Assembly (NCBI GenBank): GCA_002269645.1
Contig: NIVC01000749.1
Coordinates: 62,001 to 126,000, forward strand
Origin: Macrostomum lignano
Taxonomy: Eukaryota
Direction: 5' to 3'
DNA length: 64,000 nt
The position numbers and the translations under genes are program-made. How positions within the stretch are numbered: the first letter of the stretch is position 1; each line of letters opens with the position of its first letter. The notes under the pieces were generated by a model. The model was not told where the DNA came from. It did no database searches and saw nothing but the letters and a program-made list of their open reading frames with translations. Of this stretch, positions 12,891 through 25,900 are shown one piece after another.

Positions 12891-14284
12891 CTACAGCAAT
12901 TGAGTTGCAGGCCTTGCAGCTAGCTACTTTGAGATCATCAAACGAAACTCACTTTTCTGGACTCGGTGTCGACGGATTTGCGAGCAGACTGATGATTTTC
13001 ACCAGGCGATGCGGCTTCTTCGATTTCGCAGTGGCTTTTTGCGACGGTGTTTTTTTAGTTTTTATTTTAGGCTTGGCGTCCTTTTTTGCGGGTCATCATA
13101 TCTTGGTTGTAGATTACAGTTTTTGGCACAATAAATTTATATATGGATGAAACTTGGAGTAAGGATTAACATTAGACCTATTAAGTATAAAAAAACCGTT
13201 CTAATCTATACAATTGCAATCCTTTAGAGTTGTATAGTATGGATTATAAGTACTTTCTTTTAAACTGTCTGTGTCTGGTCTCACTACGCCATGGTTTACG
13301 TGGACCACCCGCTTAGACATTATATATCCCTCTCTCCACTGTCTTACCTTCAGAACGCTTGCGGGTTTCCTATTGGCTGCGGTCGGTCCCATTGTTGGGG
13401 TGGATCTATCCTCCTAAGTGTTAACCAGCCAATTATAGAAAGGGAGGTCTGTCTGTCTGTCTGTTCCAACCCTATACTCCTGCACATGTGTTTACGAGGA
13501 CCAAACAGACAGTGAGTGTTAGGCTGACTGTTAATGCGTTCTTAGTTTTACTGGGACCGCAATCAAGTCGACCTTTTGCTAGAGAGTCAGAGACCCGATC
13601 GCTAGCTAAAAGGCCCTTCTTAATTGCGTCCTCTTGATCAAATCTTTTGCATGTACATGTATGAATTGTCCTTTTCAATTAGGTAAATTGCATCTTCAAC
13701 TTTGCACTTGAAAGGCTGCAGCTTAGGATCTTCTTCTTCCAACATTGGAGGAGGATAGAACAGGATATCCCATAGTGTTTAGGATAGAATTGGCAAGCAC
13801 TTAATTCATGAAGTTGCTATTTTCTTCTTGTGTAATGGTAGAGCCTCAGAAATTCGCATTTACACAGTGTGGCTATCAAGGACCACTGGGAGTTCTTGAG
13901 AAGTCATTGAAGAATACTATTTAAGCTTCACTTAAATATCTTTCTTGTCTCGGAGTCTTTATCGTTTGATCTGGTTAGCGAATTGGATTTCTTTACGTTG
14001 GTGTCTTACTCTGTGAGTCTGTGCTCAGAGTACGATACCGGAATTGCTGGAACTGAGCTAATTAAATGGAGTTTAAAGTTTACTGTATCAAATTCATTTC
14101 GCATACGAGGTTTCAGAATTTTTAATTAACCTGCGCACCTACTTGAATGTCAAAGAACTGAACGCATATTGTTTTAAAGCCAGTAGCGGTCATAATATGA
14201 TGCCAACATAGCCCTTTGTTCGTAAGGTAATGATCTGTAAAAAAATTCAGTTTTGCATCGAATCTATGCTTAATAACTGCTATA

Positions 14285-14335
14285 CACAAACAGACACAAA
14301 CAGACACAAACAGACACAAACAGACACAAACAGAC
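14285..14335 (+). repeat. (ACAAACAGAC)5 tandem repeat
   Basis: Directly visible. Confidence 0.9.
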
Positions 14336-14645
14336 GATTTTCGAAAAATTTTCTAAAATTTTTCGGTTTACGTGGACCAGACTCGCTCGGTTTAGGTAGA
14401 CCAGGCTGGAGGTCCAGCTAAACTGAAATGCAAATAACTTTGGAAAAATCCATGCTAGACATCCCAAAATTGCTTAAGCCTTTCTTGACCCGCCTGACAT
14501 TAATGTGAGATCCTCATCAACGTCTTAACCCCACCAGAGACAAAATTATTTGGTGGTCCACCTAAGTGGTCTACCTACACCGGTTGGTCCAGCTAACGAG
14601 GCTACTGAACTTCCAAAAAGTCCACGTAAACACACAGACAGTAGA

Positions 14646-15110
<465 letters not shown>

Positions 15111-15599
15111 TTCTGCAAGTACATGCTTATAACCTTGAGAGTCCTATTCTGTCTGTAAATCACCGCCTCTACTGTGCGTTCTCTCAGAATTGTAGTTGTC
15201 TGTACAGCCTTAAATATGGCTATAACTCATTTTTCTTCTCAAAGCAAACGAAAGCAAGCAGGAAAGAAAACTATAGCCACTCAGATGGCTGAGAGGTTTT
15301 AACGTGAGACCACTGCTGGGGTTGTAGGCTTGTGCTTCTCAGAGCAGTAGAGAGTGAGGTAGAGATTAGAAAGGAGGTTTGTGGGTGCACGTTTTGGAAT
15401 TGATTGACTGCTTCAGCTCGTGCATTTGCCTGTACCTATCTCTCTCTGTCACTTCCCTCCCGATCTTGAACTAAGCTAAGGAAATAATTGTCTCACTGCA
15501 GCGAAGGGGCTACAAAATCTGCCGTTCTCAAGCCGTAGACCGCACGTGCAGTTTGCACGCATTTTGCTTGCTTCAGACCACGATCAATCGTAAATGTAC

Positions 15600-15742
15600 T
15601 GTGTCTAAAAATCATTAAAGTGGCACAGCTCGACTCATTGGTTTTATGAATCTATTTTGGTCATCTTGGCTCATTGACAAAATAATGAAACAGGTTCATG
15701 AAATCATGAGTCTAGTGGCCATTTTTATGATTTTTAGGCACA
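15600..15742. mobile_element. small foldback/MITE-like element
   Basis: TGTGTCTAAAAATCATTAAAGTGGC at 15600 pairs imperfectly with GGCCATTTTTATGATTTTTAGGCACA ending at 15742; inner arms are also complementary. Confidence 0.55.
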
Positions 15743-15932
15743 AGACGTGTAGGTAGAATAGTAGATTAATAGGCGCCCTAATGGCGCCCTCTGATTTTCC
15801 CATTAACGCCCTTAAAGCATGGGTATTAATATTATTGTGCCATAGACATTTGTGTCCTTGACAAAGTGGGACAGAATAATCGGGCGTTAAATGTCAATAA
15901 CTGCCCGCTAATTTGCATTAAAGTAAGTTTAA

Positions 15933-16680
15933 AGCAAAGAGTATTGAGGTCGCCTAGTATAGAGTGCCAATAAGGATGAAAATCTGAAGCCGATTTTTAG
16001 AATCCACCCACCCCCTCCGGTCACCAAGCTTTTTGGTCTATGGCACAAGTTGTGGCTAGAATGGTGTACAAAGCCGATGCTCAGAAATATACATAGAGTG
16101 CATGAGAAAAATACAAGTAGCTAATGTAGCTGGACGAATACCGTGTATGCTTAAAACGTCCTCAAGACTTTATTTCTGTATCAATACTGTAACCGTACGT
16201 ACATTGATTGAATTGTGTAAGGAGAAAAGAAGTTGAGCAGGATTCTTGCAGCAGAGTCGGAAAGACAAAAACATAAGTCATAAACAGGCAGAGTGAAGGT
16301 CCTTGAAAGGCAGACGAAAAGAAGGATACAGATGCATCAGAAACGCAGTTATTGCAATTAGCTACCACGCACTTTAGTGGCATGGCTGTTGTTGTTCAGA
16401 CGTAAGGACTATATGGCATGGCTGTTACGGAGTTGTGTATCGACGACGGCAACTGAGTCGGGTGACTGAGCGATGTTGTCTTTCTTATTTGATGCATGCA
16501 TTTTCTCAGTGTGAAATGTCTTATATTTCTGAGCATCGGCTTTGTACACCATTCTAGCCACAACTTGTGCCATAGACTAAAAAGCTTGGTGACCGGAGGG
16601 GGTGGGTGGATTCTAAAAATCGGCTTCAGATTTTCATCCTTATTGGCACTCTATACTAGGCGATCTCAATACTCTTTGAT
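15933..16680 (-). mobile_element. Kolobok-like non-autonomous transposon with THAP remnant
   Basis: About 160-bp TIRs; TTAA on both sides (15929-15932, 16681-16684); AG...CT-type termini. Internal MPLKCVVANCNN...SFF/RLPFKD (frameshifted) resembles a THAP N-terminus. TTAA TSD, RR..YY ends and THAP are Kolobok traits. Confidence 0.65.
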
Positions 16681-17836
16681 TTAAAGCATTAAAGTCCTGC
16701 AAGCGGCTTAAATGTAGTCTATGGCATTAAAAGGCAAGAATAAGTGCCCAGCGGGCACAAAGGTCATGGTACAATATAAAAAATTACCATAGAATCCTTA
16801 TTTTCTAAACGAAAAGCTTTTTGAATGTCAAGAAGAACCAAGGCAAGACATATCAGAAGATGAACACTGAGTGTCCTTTCTATCGAAAGCAGTAACAACT
16901 TTTTGTGCTGAAAAATGAAAAAATGAAAAAAACTTCAGTAGTCCTTGGCTCTCAGACGCACTTACCAAATAGAATTGGTAACAGCTTGTAAAAAAATTAG
17001 CAATAAACTGCTAATACATAGTTCTACGTACTCATAAGACGTAGCTAGATGTACAACTGCAGTGTTAACGCTCGCGCAAGATTTTTTGTTGCTAGACGTG
17101 AGTGGCTATCGCGACTAACTTTGATGTTATGACTTCTGAAAAAAACACAAACCGATTTATCTCACTATCAGCCGTGTAAACAGATGCGAGCGCATTATGA
17201 GAGTTAAAAGGGCTCAGATTTAATCGCACCGAACTATCGGAAGTTAAAAATTAACTATACAAACTTTGAGTCATAATTTATTGTGCGCTTTGAATTAAAT
17301 AGGACAAATCAAAAGGATTTTTTTAATACAAAAAGATTGTAAAACTTTGTTTAAACCCATTTAAGCGTTGTTAGCGTAAGTACTGTAAATGTTAGTACAA
17401 CAGTACAGCATGTGGTTCTGCTTTTTTTACAAATGTCTGTTCTAGATCTCACATAGTCAGAAGTAATTAGCTAACGACAAAAAGGTAGATAGAGGAGGAG
17501 AGGGATGAAACTTCCCATTCTTTACAGCTCAGATAAATGACAGGAAAAAATGGCAAATATAGAAATCTTATATGCATTATGCATACACATTTATTTATAA
17601 ACCGGCTTCGACTATTAGGCAGTTCGAATTTCATCAAGCCTAAGAGAGCTGAAGTACTCTTTGCCTGCAGTTGCTAATGCTTTTCCTTTACCTTTGAACG
17701 GCAGCACAAAAGTATTGCCAGTGCCAGTGCAAGTTCAAGCGAAGTTGGAGAAGTGCGGGAAATGCGGCAACGGGTGGCTGATAACAAACCAGCACGATCA
17801 ACGTCAACAGATAAAGATTACGTCAGATGATTGGAG

Positions 17837-18436
<600 letters not shown>

Positions 18437-19022
18437 CCCAGAGTGCTCGTCACTAAAAGTACTGCCAATGATTGCAAAAATGCTTTATCACGACCCCACC
18501 CAACTGCCGCGTCAATCACAGCACACGTCGGTAAACGGAACAGTCGTTATCCAAATCGTTAGACAAGCTAAACCCCACCTGATTATCGCGCCCTGTCGAA
18601 CTAGAAAAAAATTCCTCTCCAAGCTGAACTCGAGATAAATTAAAAGTGCGCTGGTCTGTCGCTAGGCAGGTTTGCTCTTAGCAACAATATTCGAACTGAT
18701 TGATGAGTGGGAAGCAGTGTTGGATTAAGGCGCGCCGGACCGAATCTACAAAAAATCATGCAAGGCCTCGTATTTGCGTGTGCGAGCCTATTGCAGGGTT
18801 GGGTATACTACATGTACGCTACGATAACAAAACCAACACGCGGAATAGAGGATCAAGAGTAACTCTCGTGTGTTCCTTTTCTTAGAGGATTTCCAAGCGC
18901 ACCTGTTAATACAATGACAAATTCCGCCGCATTTTACCCGCAATAGGTTTTCCTAGAAATTATTGAGTGCAGAGGTCGGCTCCTGTTTTACAGAAGCTTC
19001 TGTTCTGTGCAGTGGACACCTT

Positions 19023-19687
19023 ACAGGGATAGCGACCTGTCCAACAGGTATAGCGACCTGTCCAACAGGTATAGCGACCTGTCCAACAGGTATAGCGACC
19101 TGTCTAACAGGTATAGTGACCTGTCTAACAGTTATAGTGACCTGTCCAACAGGTATAGCGATCTGTCCAACAGGTATAGCGACCTGTCCAACAGGTATAG
19201 CGACCTGTCTAACAGGTATAGCGACCTGTCCAACAGGTATAGCGATCTGTCCAACAGGTATAGCGACCTGTCTAACAGGTATAGTGACCTGTCCAACAGT
19301 TATAGTGACCTGTCCAACAGGTATAGCGACCTGTCTAACAGGTATAGCGACCTGTTCAACAGGTATAGCGACCTGTCCAACAGGTATAGCGACCTGTCTA
19401 ACAGGTATAGCGACCTGTCCAACAGGTATAGCGATCTGTCCAACAGGTATAGCGACCTGTCTAACAGGTATAGTGACCTGTCCAACAGTTATAGTGACCT
19501 GTCCAACAGGTATAGCGACCTGTCTAACAGGTATAGTGACCTGTCCAACAGGTATAGCGACCTGTCTAACAGGTATAGCGACCTGTCCAACAGGTATAGC
19601 GACCTGTCTAATAGGTATAGCGACCTGTACAACAGGTATAGCGACCTGTCCAACAGGGGGTATAGCGACCTGTCCAACAGGTATAGC
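19023..19687 (+). repeat. 21-bp minisatellite (ACAGGTATAGCGACCTGTCCA)n, about 31 units
   Basis: Directly visible; source of the NRYSDLS/TGIATCP ORFs. Confidence 0.98.
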
Positions 19688-20541
19688 AAACTTGTCTCAG
19701 TGCGATACTCGTCCAAGTATTTATTTAATATTTCTTACATTTGTTGAAATTCAGCCATTATTTCAATTTAAGGAAGTCACACATGTAGTATGCATTTTTA
19801 ATAAAAGGTTCATTTCTCAGCACGGTTAAAGTAGATTATAGTTGCCTTGCAGTAAGACAAACAAAATGTTGTTTTTTTATAATGTCAAAAAATCTATAAA
19901 TTGCATGCATTGCGCGTCAGAATATGCGCTGCACAATCTTTGATCAAAGATTCTGTGTGCTCTGCATCTGTCTGCGTGAAAGGGAGCCGCTTATTAAGGC
20001 AGGATAGAGGGGCCACAGGGGTAGAAGGGGATTGAGATAATCGAATAATGACAGATGGCTTCATCGCGCAAGCAAGGACTCGATGAGGAGGCTGCAGGTT
20101 TCATGGACTTCTATGACGGAGCGCCGAGACTCGATATATTTTCATAAGATTTTCTCGTATAGCCAATACACTGCAGTATTGGCTGCAGGTTTTCTATACG
20201 AGTAACAAGCACTAAGAAAAGCATCGTCTCGAAAAAACGAAATATCATAATCGTTGAAAACTGATTAAGCGTCTGGTTGTAATGAAATTTGCGACGGATG
20301 ATCGATGATATGATATTTCACTCTGCTAATATCAATAATACTTGTGGTTGCTTCCTGTGACGATTTAAGGTGACGATTGAAGAACACACGCGAGGTTGCA
20401 CTCTCGCGAATATTGACACAATCTGAACTGACTTTCGTATAGACTTTCCCTGTTATGCAACTCTATTTCAAATTTCATTTTTATCAAAATTTTAAAAAGC
20501 ATATATCCTAGGATACTGTAATGCTGTAATACTGTAATACT

Positions 20542-22030
20542 CAGAAACAACTTAAACTACCGGGACGCGAAACAAGCCAAATCATGCCGAAAAAAAGTTG
20601 GGGGCTAGTTTGAGTCTATGGGCGCCCGATTTTTCATGCATTAAATGCTTAGCTTAGCTGCTGAAAAGACTAAGGCCACAGTATTATTTTTGCTTTAAAA
20701 GGTTCAGTAAGTTGTCTAAAAGGTTTTTTATTCAGTTTTAAATTTTTTATTTTGTTTTTTGAGCACTAAAAAACGGCCGTGCAGAGCACAGTGACATACA
20801 ATTAGACACGCGAGATATTCACGAAGAAAATATTTAAACTTAGCATGGTGTATACATCGTGGAACGGAACTGAATAGCTTATTTGAGGAGGAACTTATAC
20901 GAGGACTTGTATACTGTATAGGAAAAACTGGGGTACTAAGCGAAAATTACATATATTTAAGCATGTGAAATAAGCACAAGAGAAAAAAGTTTTAAAGCAT
21001 GAAATGATGCGTGTACAAAAGTACAAGGCAACTCGTACTCGTAGAATAGAACACAGAAAATCAGGACTAAACAGAACGAATTTTAGGAGGAACCCAGATG
21101 AGGAGCAGCTAGATATGAAAGATTTCGGATTGAAAAATTTGAAACTCCAAAGACAGAATACTAAAAACTTTACCGCAAATTCACTGGTCTCCCAGTTTGC
21201 GTAGCTTTCTGTCGTGCGATGTAGTCGGCGCAGGTGCAACTTTCAATGAGCGCTTTACCAGGCCTTTAAAATAAACATTCGTAAGCCGACGACTTATACT
21301 GCCGTGTCTATGGAGCCGTCGCACTTCAGTGCTGCAACAACCTTTTCATTGAAGACTTGGAGAGCGAGTGTTACCTTCGTTTTTCTGTATGCTTGAACTG
21401 AAGGATAGCAAGCTTCGTGGGTTAATTCCGTTCGTTTGACAACGTGATATTCTTCTGATTTGTACAGTCGGATCACGTCCATCCATTTGGCCGATATATT
21501 GACTGTCTGCACCTGGCGGTTGAATAGTTAAGGTTCCATTGGATTCAGTTTGCCAATTGTTGCAAGTCTCGAATCAAAACTTGGCCAGTGCTTTTGGCAT
21601 ATGTCCATGTGTTCAGTCACTTTCTAGAAAGGTAAATTTTATCGCAGTGGTTATTTTTAACAATTAGGTTGTAATAAATTCATCCACGCATACCAGCGTG
21701 TGATCGCTTAGAATTAACATCCTTCTTACCTCAAAAATATTTGGTAGGGTTCGTCTCCAACGCTCCCGTTCTCGTGCATCTCAAGGAAGAGCAAATATCG
21801 TTGTTCGGCTTTGTTCTGAGTTATAGTTTGATCTGCAGTTAAAGATGCTGCACTTTCTCGACATTTTTCACAGTCGCACAAGAGTTGAGGGCTTTTTATT
21901 TGCCCTCACACCTCTTTAGACTAAAGAGTTGTAGTTGGAACGGCCATAGAACACTGCTTTCAAACGAGCCCCCAACTTTTTTCACCATGATTTGGCTTGT
22001 TTCGCGTCCCGGTAGTTTAAGTTGTCCCTG
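20542..22030 (-). mobile_element. P-superfamily (THAP9-like) DNA transposon, internally deleted; left arm only
   Basis: About 73-bp TIRs (CAGAAACAACTTAAACTACCGGGACGCG.../...CCCGGTAGTTTAAGTTGTCCCTG) flanked by GTAATACT on both sides. THAP domain from ATG 21864 (MSRKCSIFNCRSNY...IFALP*DARERERW...VCVDEF). Transposase core fragment 21294-21512 (WMDVIRLYKSE...LTHEACYP...KTKVTLALQVFNEKVVAAL). Empty site at 58891-58941. Confidence 0.9.
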
Positions 22031-22995
22031 GTAATACTGTAATACTGCATGTAATACTGTAATACGAGGGTTGGCCCTCGCGCATGGGTGCGAATGGCAC
22101 ATGAACCCCCCGGCTAATTTCTCATGCACAACCCCAAATAATTATGATTGGCGCGCACGGAATTGAACCGGGGGTCGTGGCGAGTGAATATGACGAGTTT
22201 ATCATCCGAACGAAAATTTCAGAGCATTAAAAGTCTCGAATTTGCAGGACCGACTAGCTCATTGTTTCAATTCCAGACAACTAAATTTAGGAGTCCATGG
22301 TCGGTCCGGTGCAAAACAGGCTAAGTATATCAGCCACAGTTGCTAGCATTGAGGCTAGCGAATCCGCGAGCAGCTCGAAACAATATCGCTTCAGCTCACC
22401 GGGGGGGGGGCAGGCAGACGGGTTAGCTCACCCCTCCTGATGGGAAGTGTAGAGAGCCTGGGCTATCTTCGCCTCATCACATTCGTGTACGCGCATACGA
22501 TAACACAGGAAGCAGTAAAATATATAAGGCAGGTGTGACTCGTACGAGAGAAGCTCTTGACCGAAGCACAGTACAGTCGACAGGATTTTATAATCTGGAG
22601 CGTTTCAGGTAAGAATACTCGAAATATAAACCCCTTTCAGAAAGTGCGCCAAAAAAGCGCCCAAAGGGGTTGAAAGGGAGCCATGACTAGTCGAGTCCAT
22701 GCCACCGTGGACCCATGGTCTAGTCGCGTATTTTTCCTCCAGTGGAATGCCTGACTAGTCCGCGCAAATGGGCGAGCTCATTTTTTGCATCCTTTCGGCG
22801 ATAACTCTTGGCAAATTTATGAAATAAAATTTCTAACAAACAATAAATAAGTTAACGTCAGTAGGGAGATGTGAAATGGCACTTTGAATTTTAGGTGCTG
22901 ATTTCCTGGTCATATCAGATAGCAGAGTTGGAAAATTAGCGGAATTTTTTGTTAACAAGCAACAGCTGCCTCTTTTGCTTCTTTAGCTAGCAGCC

Positions 22996-25900
22996 ATGCA
23001 TTCGAGCCGACAGCCGCAGACGCCGCCGCCGCCGCCTCCGACGCCACCGAGCTCGACGCCGTCGTCGCAGGCTCCGCAGAGGCAGGGCCAGCCGCCGCAA
23101 CTAATGCGACAAACGTCCAACGTTGAAATGCTGGTGCAAAACGAATTTGGCGTTGCTCAGGAGGTAGAGATCGACGGTGAACTGCCGGAGGCCCAGCAGA
23201 TGGCCGGGCTTCGCGGTGAGTTGCAATTAAACAAAAAGTGACATATTTAAACAAAAATATATTGTGTTGTATTAAAAGCATTTTTAATTTAATAACTTTA
23301 AAAATATTTTAGAAGAATCCTAACAACTACATAATACCTAGTCGATGATTTAGTTGAAAGTGGGGTTGGGAGGGGCCAATAAACAATCGATAATAATAAA
23401 GTGGGAGGGGTAGCCGGGTTAGGAAAGTGGGGTTGGGACTGAGGGGCCAATAAACAGTCGATAACAATAAAGTGGGAGGGGTAGCAGGATAGGAAAGTGG
23501 GGTTGGGACTGAGGGACCAATAAACCGTCGATAACAGTAAAGTGGGAGGGGTAGCAGGATAGGAAAGTGGGGTTGGGACTGAGGGGCCAATAAACAGTCG
23601 ATAACAATAAAGTGGGAGGGGTAGCAGGATAGGAAAGTGGGGTTGGGACTGAGGGGCCAATAAACAACAATGGATAGTCTAAGAAAATCAAGAGGGGAAG
23701 GTTAGCAGGGCGGGAAACAGGGGGGCTGTGGCTGAGGGACCAACTATTCAAGACAATAAACGCCCATCAATGCCCGGTGTAGAGAGGGTTAACAAGGATA
23801 AGAAAGTGGTGGGGGTTGGGGTATGCGGTCCCGACCGGCAGTAAATCGATAAAGAGTTAATTATCGATTAATTGGAGAGTCGGTCGGGAGTGTGATAGAG
23901 ATGTCAGGGGGGGGGGCTAGAAAAGCAATTCTTAACCATAGCGTAACTCCAGCAGACCATCTACTAAGGTAAATGAATTAATTTAGTTGTGCATGCGACA
24001 GTGAAATAAATAGCTGTTTATAAGGCAAAACCAATAGGAATTGGTTCAGTACTTCAGTAAGAGCGAAAATACATGTAAGCTTCTTAATAAGTGCGTCTAT
24101 TTTTGTCTCGTATTTGAACTAACCAGCTGTAGCATAAACATATTTTTTCTTACAACGCCAAAAAAGCTAAAATGAGCGAAAAAGTGAAGCTCATAAATTA
24201 GTGCTGTGACTCCTGTTCGATAGACGTCTTGACAAAACTCTAAGTTATTTGTTTCCATTTTTAGCACTTCCTTAAAATTTTATGGCCTTTTATAATTTTT
24301 AGACCTGATACATAACATTAAATTTTAGCCTTTCTGTATACATGAATGTGAGAATGGTGTTGTTTGTAGCAAAACGGCAACGCTCTCCGACTCAGTTCGA
24401 TCTAATTCCCAATTACTCAACTGTAGTCTAAGGCGAACCGAGCCGTACTAGCTGTTGGTCTAGGGCGGCGCTCTGATGTGCCAGCGGCCCAGGCTCGATT
24501 CCAAGTGCAGTCACATTAATTTGGGGCTGAATTGGAATCTCGGCTTGGCTCTGCTTGTGCAATCAACGCCCTTGAGGGCCAACCCCCAAGGCACAGTGAA
24601 GTGTACATGCCTAACGATAAATAAAGTTAGGGCCGCTGTACACTCTTTTAACTAAACTATCTGCGCGCTTGTCTGCCTGCTCAAGGGGAGTCGGCGGAAT
24701 GGGCAGTAATGCCCCTCGTAGGTTGTTTGACAATGTCGCTTTAGGTGCACCAGGATGCACACAGACCCCTGCATTTAACTAAACTATCTAGCACTGTGGT
24801 CTTTGTTTGTGACAAATTATATAGTCGCTTTCACACCTGAGCTTGCCTATCGTATTACTGATGAGTTGCTATACCTCAGTTTATCAGCCCTAAATGATAC
24901 TATGGGACAATATTTATTTCACTACGGCTAGTTGTTGTCTCACTCCTTGAGATATGAGCAGAACTGCAGCAGAGCTAAAACATCTCTACAATGGGACAGG
25001 AAAAGCAAAATTACGGCAAAGCTGCATGGATGAAGCAGTAGCAAAAAGTTTCGGGTCACAGTCAGTCTTGTTGACTTTATAATTAGAGAGCTCGAGTTTC
25101 TTCTCAGGGTTGCAGAGGCCGGGGCTGAGAAAAAAGACAAGAAACATTATTTTGCAGAGCATGCAGCTCGAGAACGCTAATCATTATAGAAGCCTGCTGC
25201 CTCTTTGACTGCAGCCCCGTCTCTCTATCCGATGCTACTGCAAAGTCATCTCTCAAACAAGCAATCTCTTTAGCCTCAATATCTTGTTGAAGATCCTGAA
25301 CCTCTGTTAGACCCATGATGAACGAGAAATACTTTTGAATCAATTTGGAGATTAAAGGAATGATATGAAATCTATATTTTGTCAAAAAGGCGGTGTATAT
25401 AAATGAAGTGTGCTCCTTTGCGTAGTATCCGGTTTACACACAGCATCCAAGGATGGATTTGACTCCGAGTTGATGCAGCCACTCCTTGTTCAATACCGCG
25501 GGCATTGGCAGACAAAGTGCTGGGAATTTTCATTGTCTAAACATTAGAAGGGGGCAAGGAGCCGACGGGAGCTGGAACGTTCCTCTCTTAGCCAGAGTCG
25601 GGCAGATTGTTGCCCTAGCTAGAATCCTGAGTTGCCCCGGGATTTCTTGGCGGTGCAGCTTAGGGCTCGCTGAGCGACCTGGCTGTCGTAGTGGATGATA
25701 ATCGTCTTTCTAATAGCGCACTTGCGTTGCTGCAACACAGTTCTGCGGCGCCAGGAGCTGATAGCAAGGATTTTTTCTGAAAGACGCTGGAGAGTCTTTT
25801 AGTATGCAGGGTGTGGATTGCACTCACACAAATTTTGATTAAGATGCAGATCCCAAAGCTAGGTGAGGCCGTCTTCCAGGGAGCCATCTTTGAATCAGTG

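Larger units (their letters stand above)
5581..14642. mobile_element. candidate non-autonomous element with 16-bp inverted ends, oriented GTGGACC subterminal motifs and an internal satellite
   Basis: ACTGTCTGTGTGTTTA at 5581-5596 and its reverse complement at 14627-14642. GTTAxGTGGACC-like motifs occur in + orientation at 5592-5806 and in - orientation at 14555-14630. Both sides abut (GACA)n. No TSD seen. Confidence 0.4.

Noticed and set aside
6330-13100. Spliced gene straddling the satellite (donor near 12952, acceptor near 6569, minus strand)
   Set aside because: Splice-like sites exist, but all frames are interrupted by stops or shifts.
22150-22215. tRNA-Gly-like gene (B box GGTTCAATTCC, minus strand)
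   Set aside because: No A box or foldable cloverleaf; at most a decayed relic.
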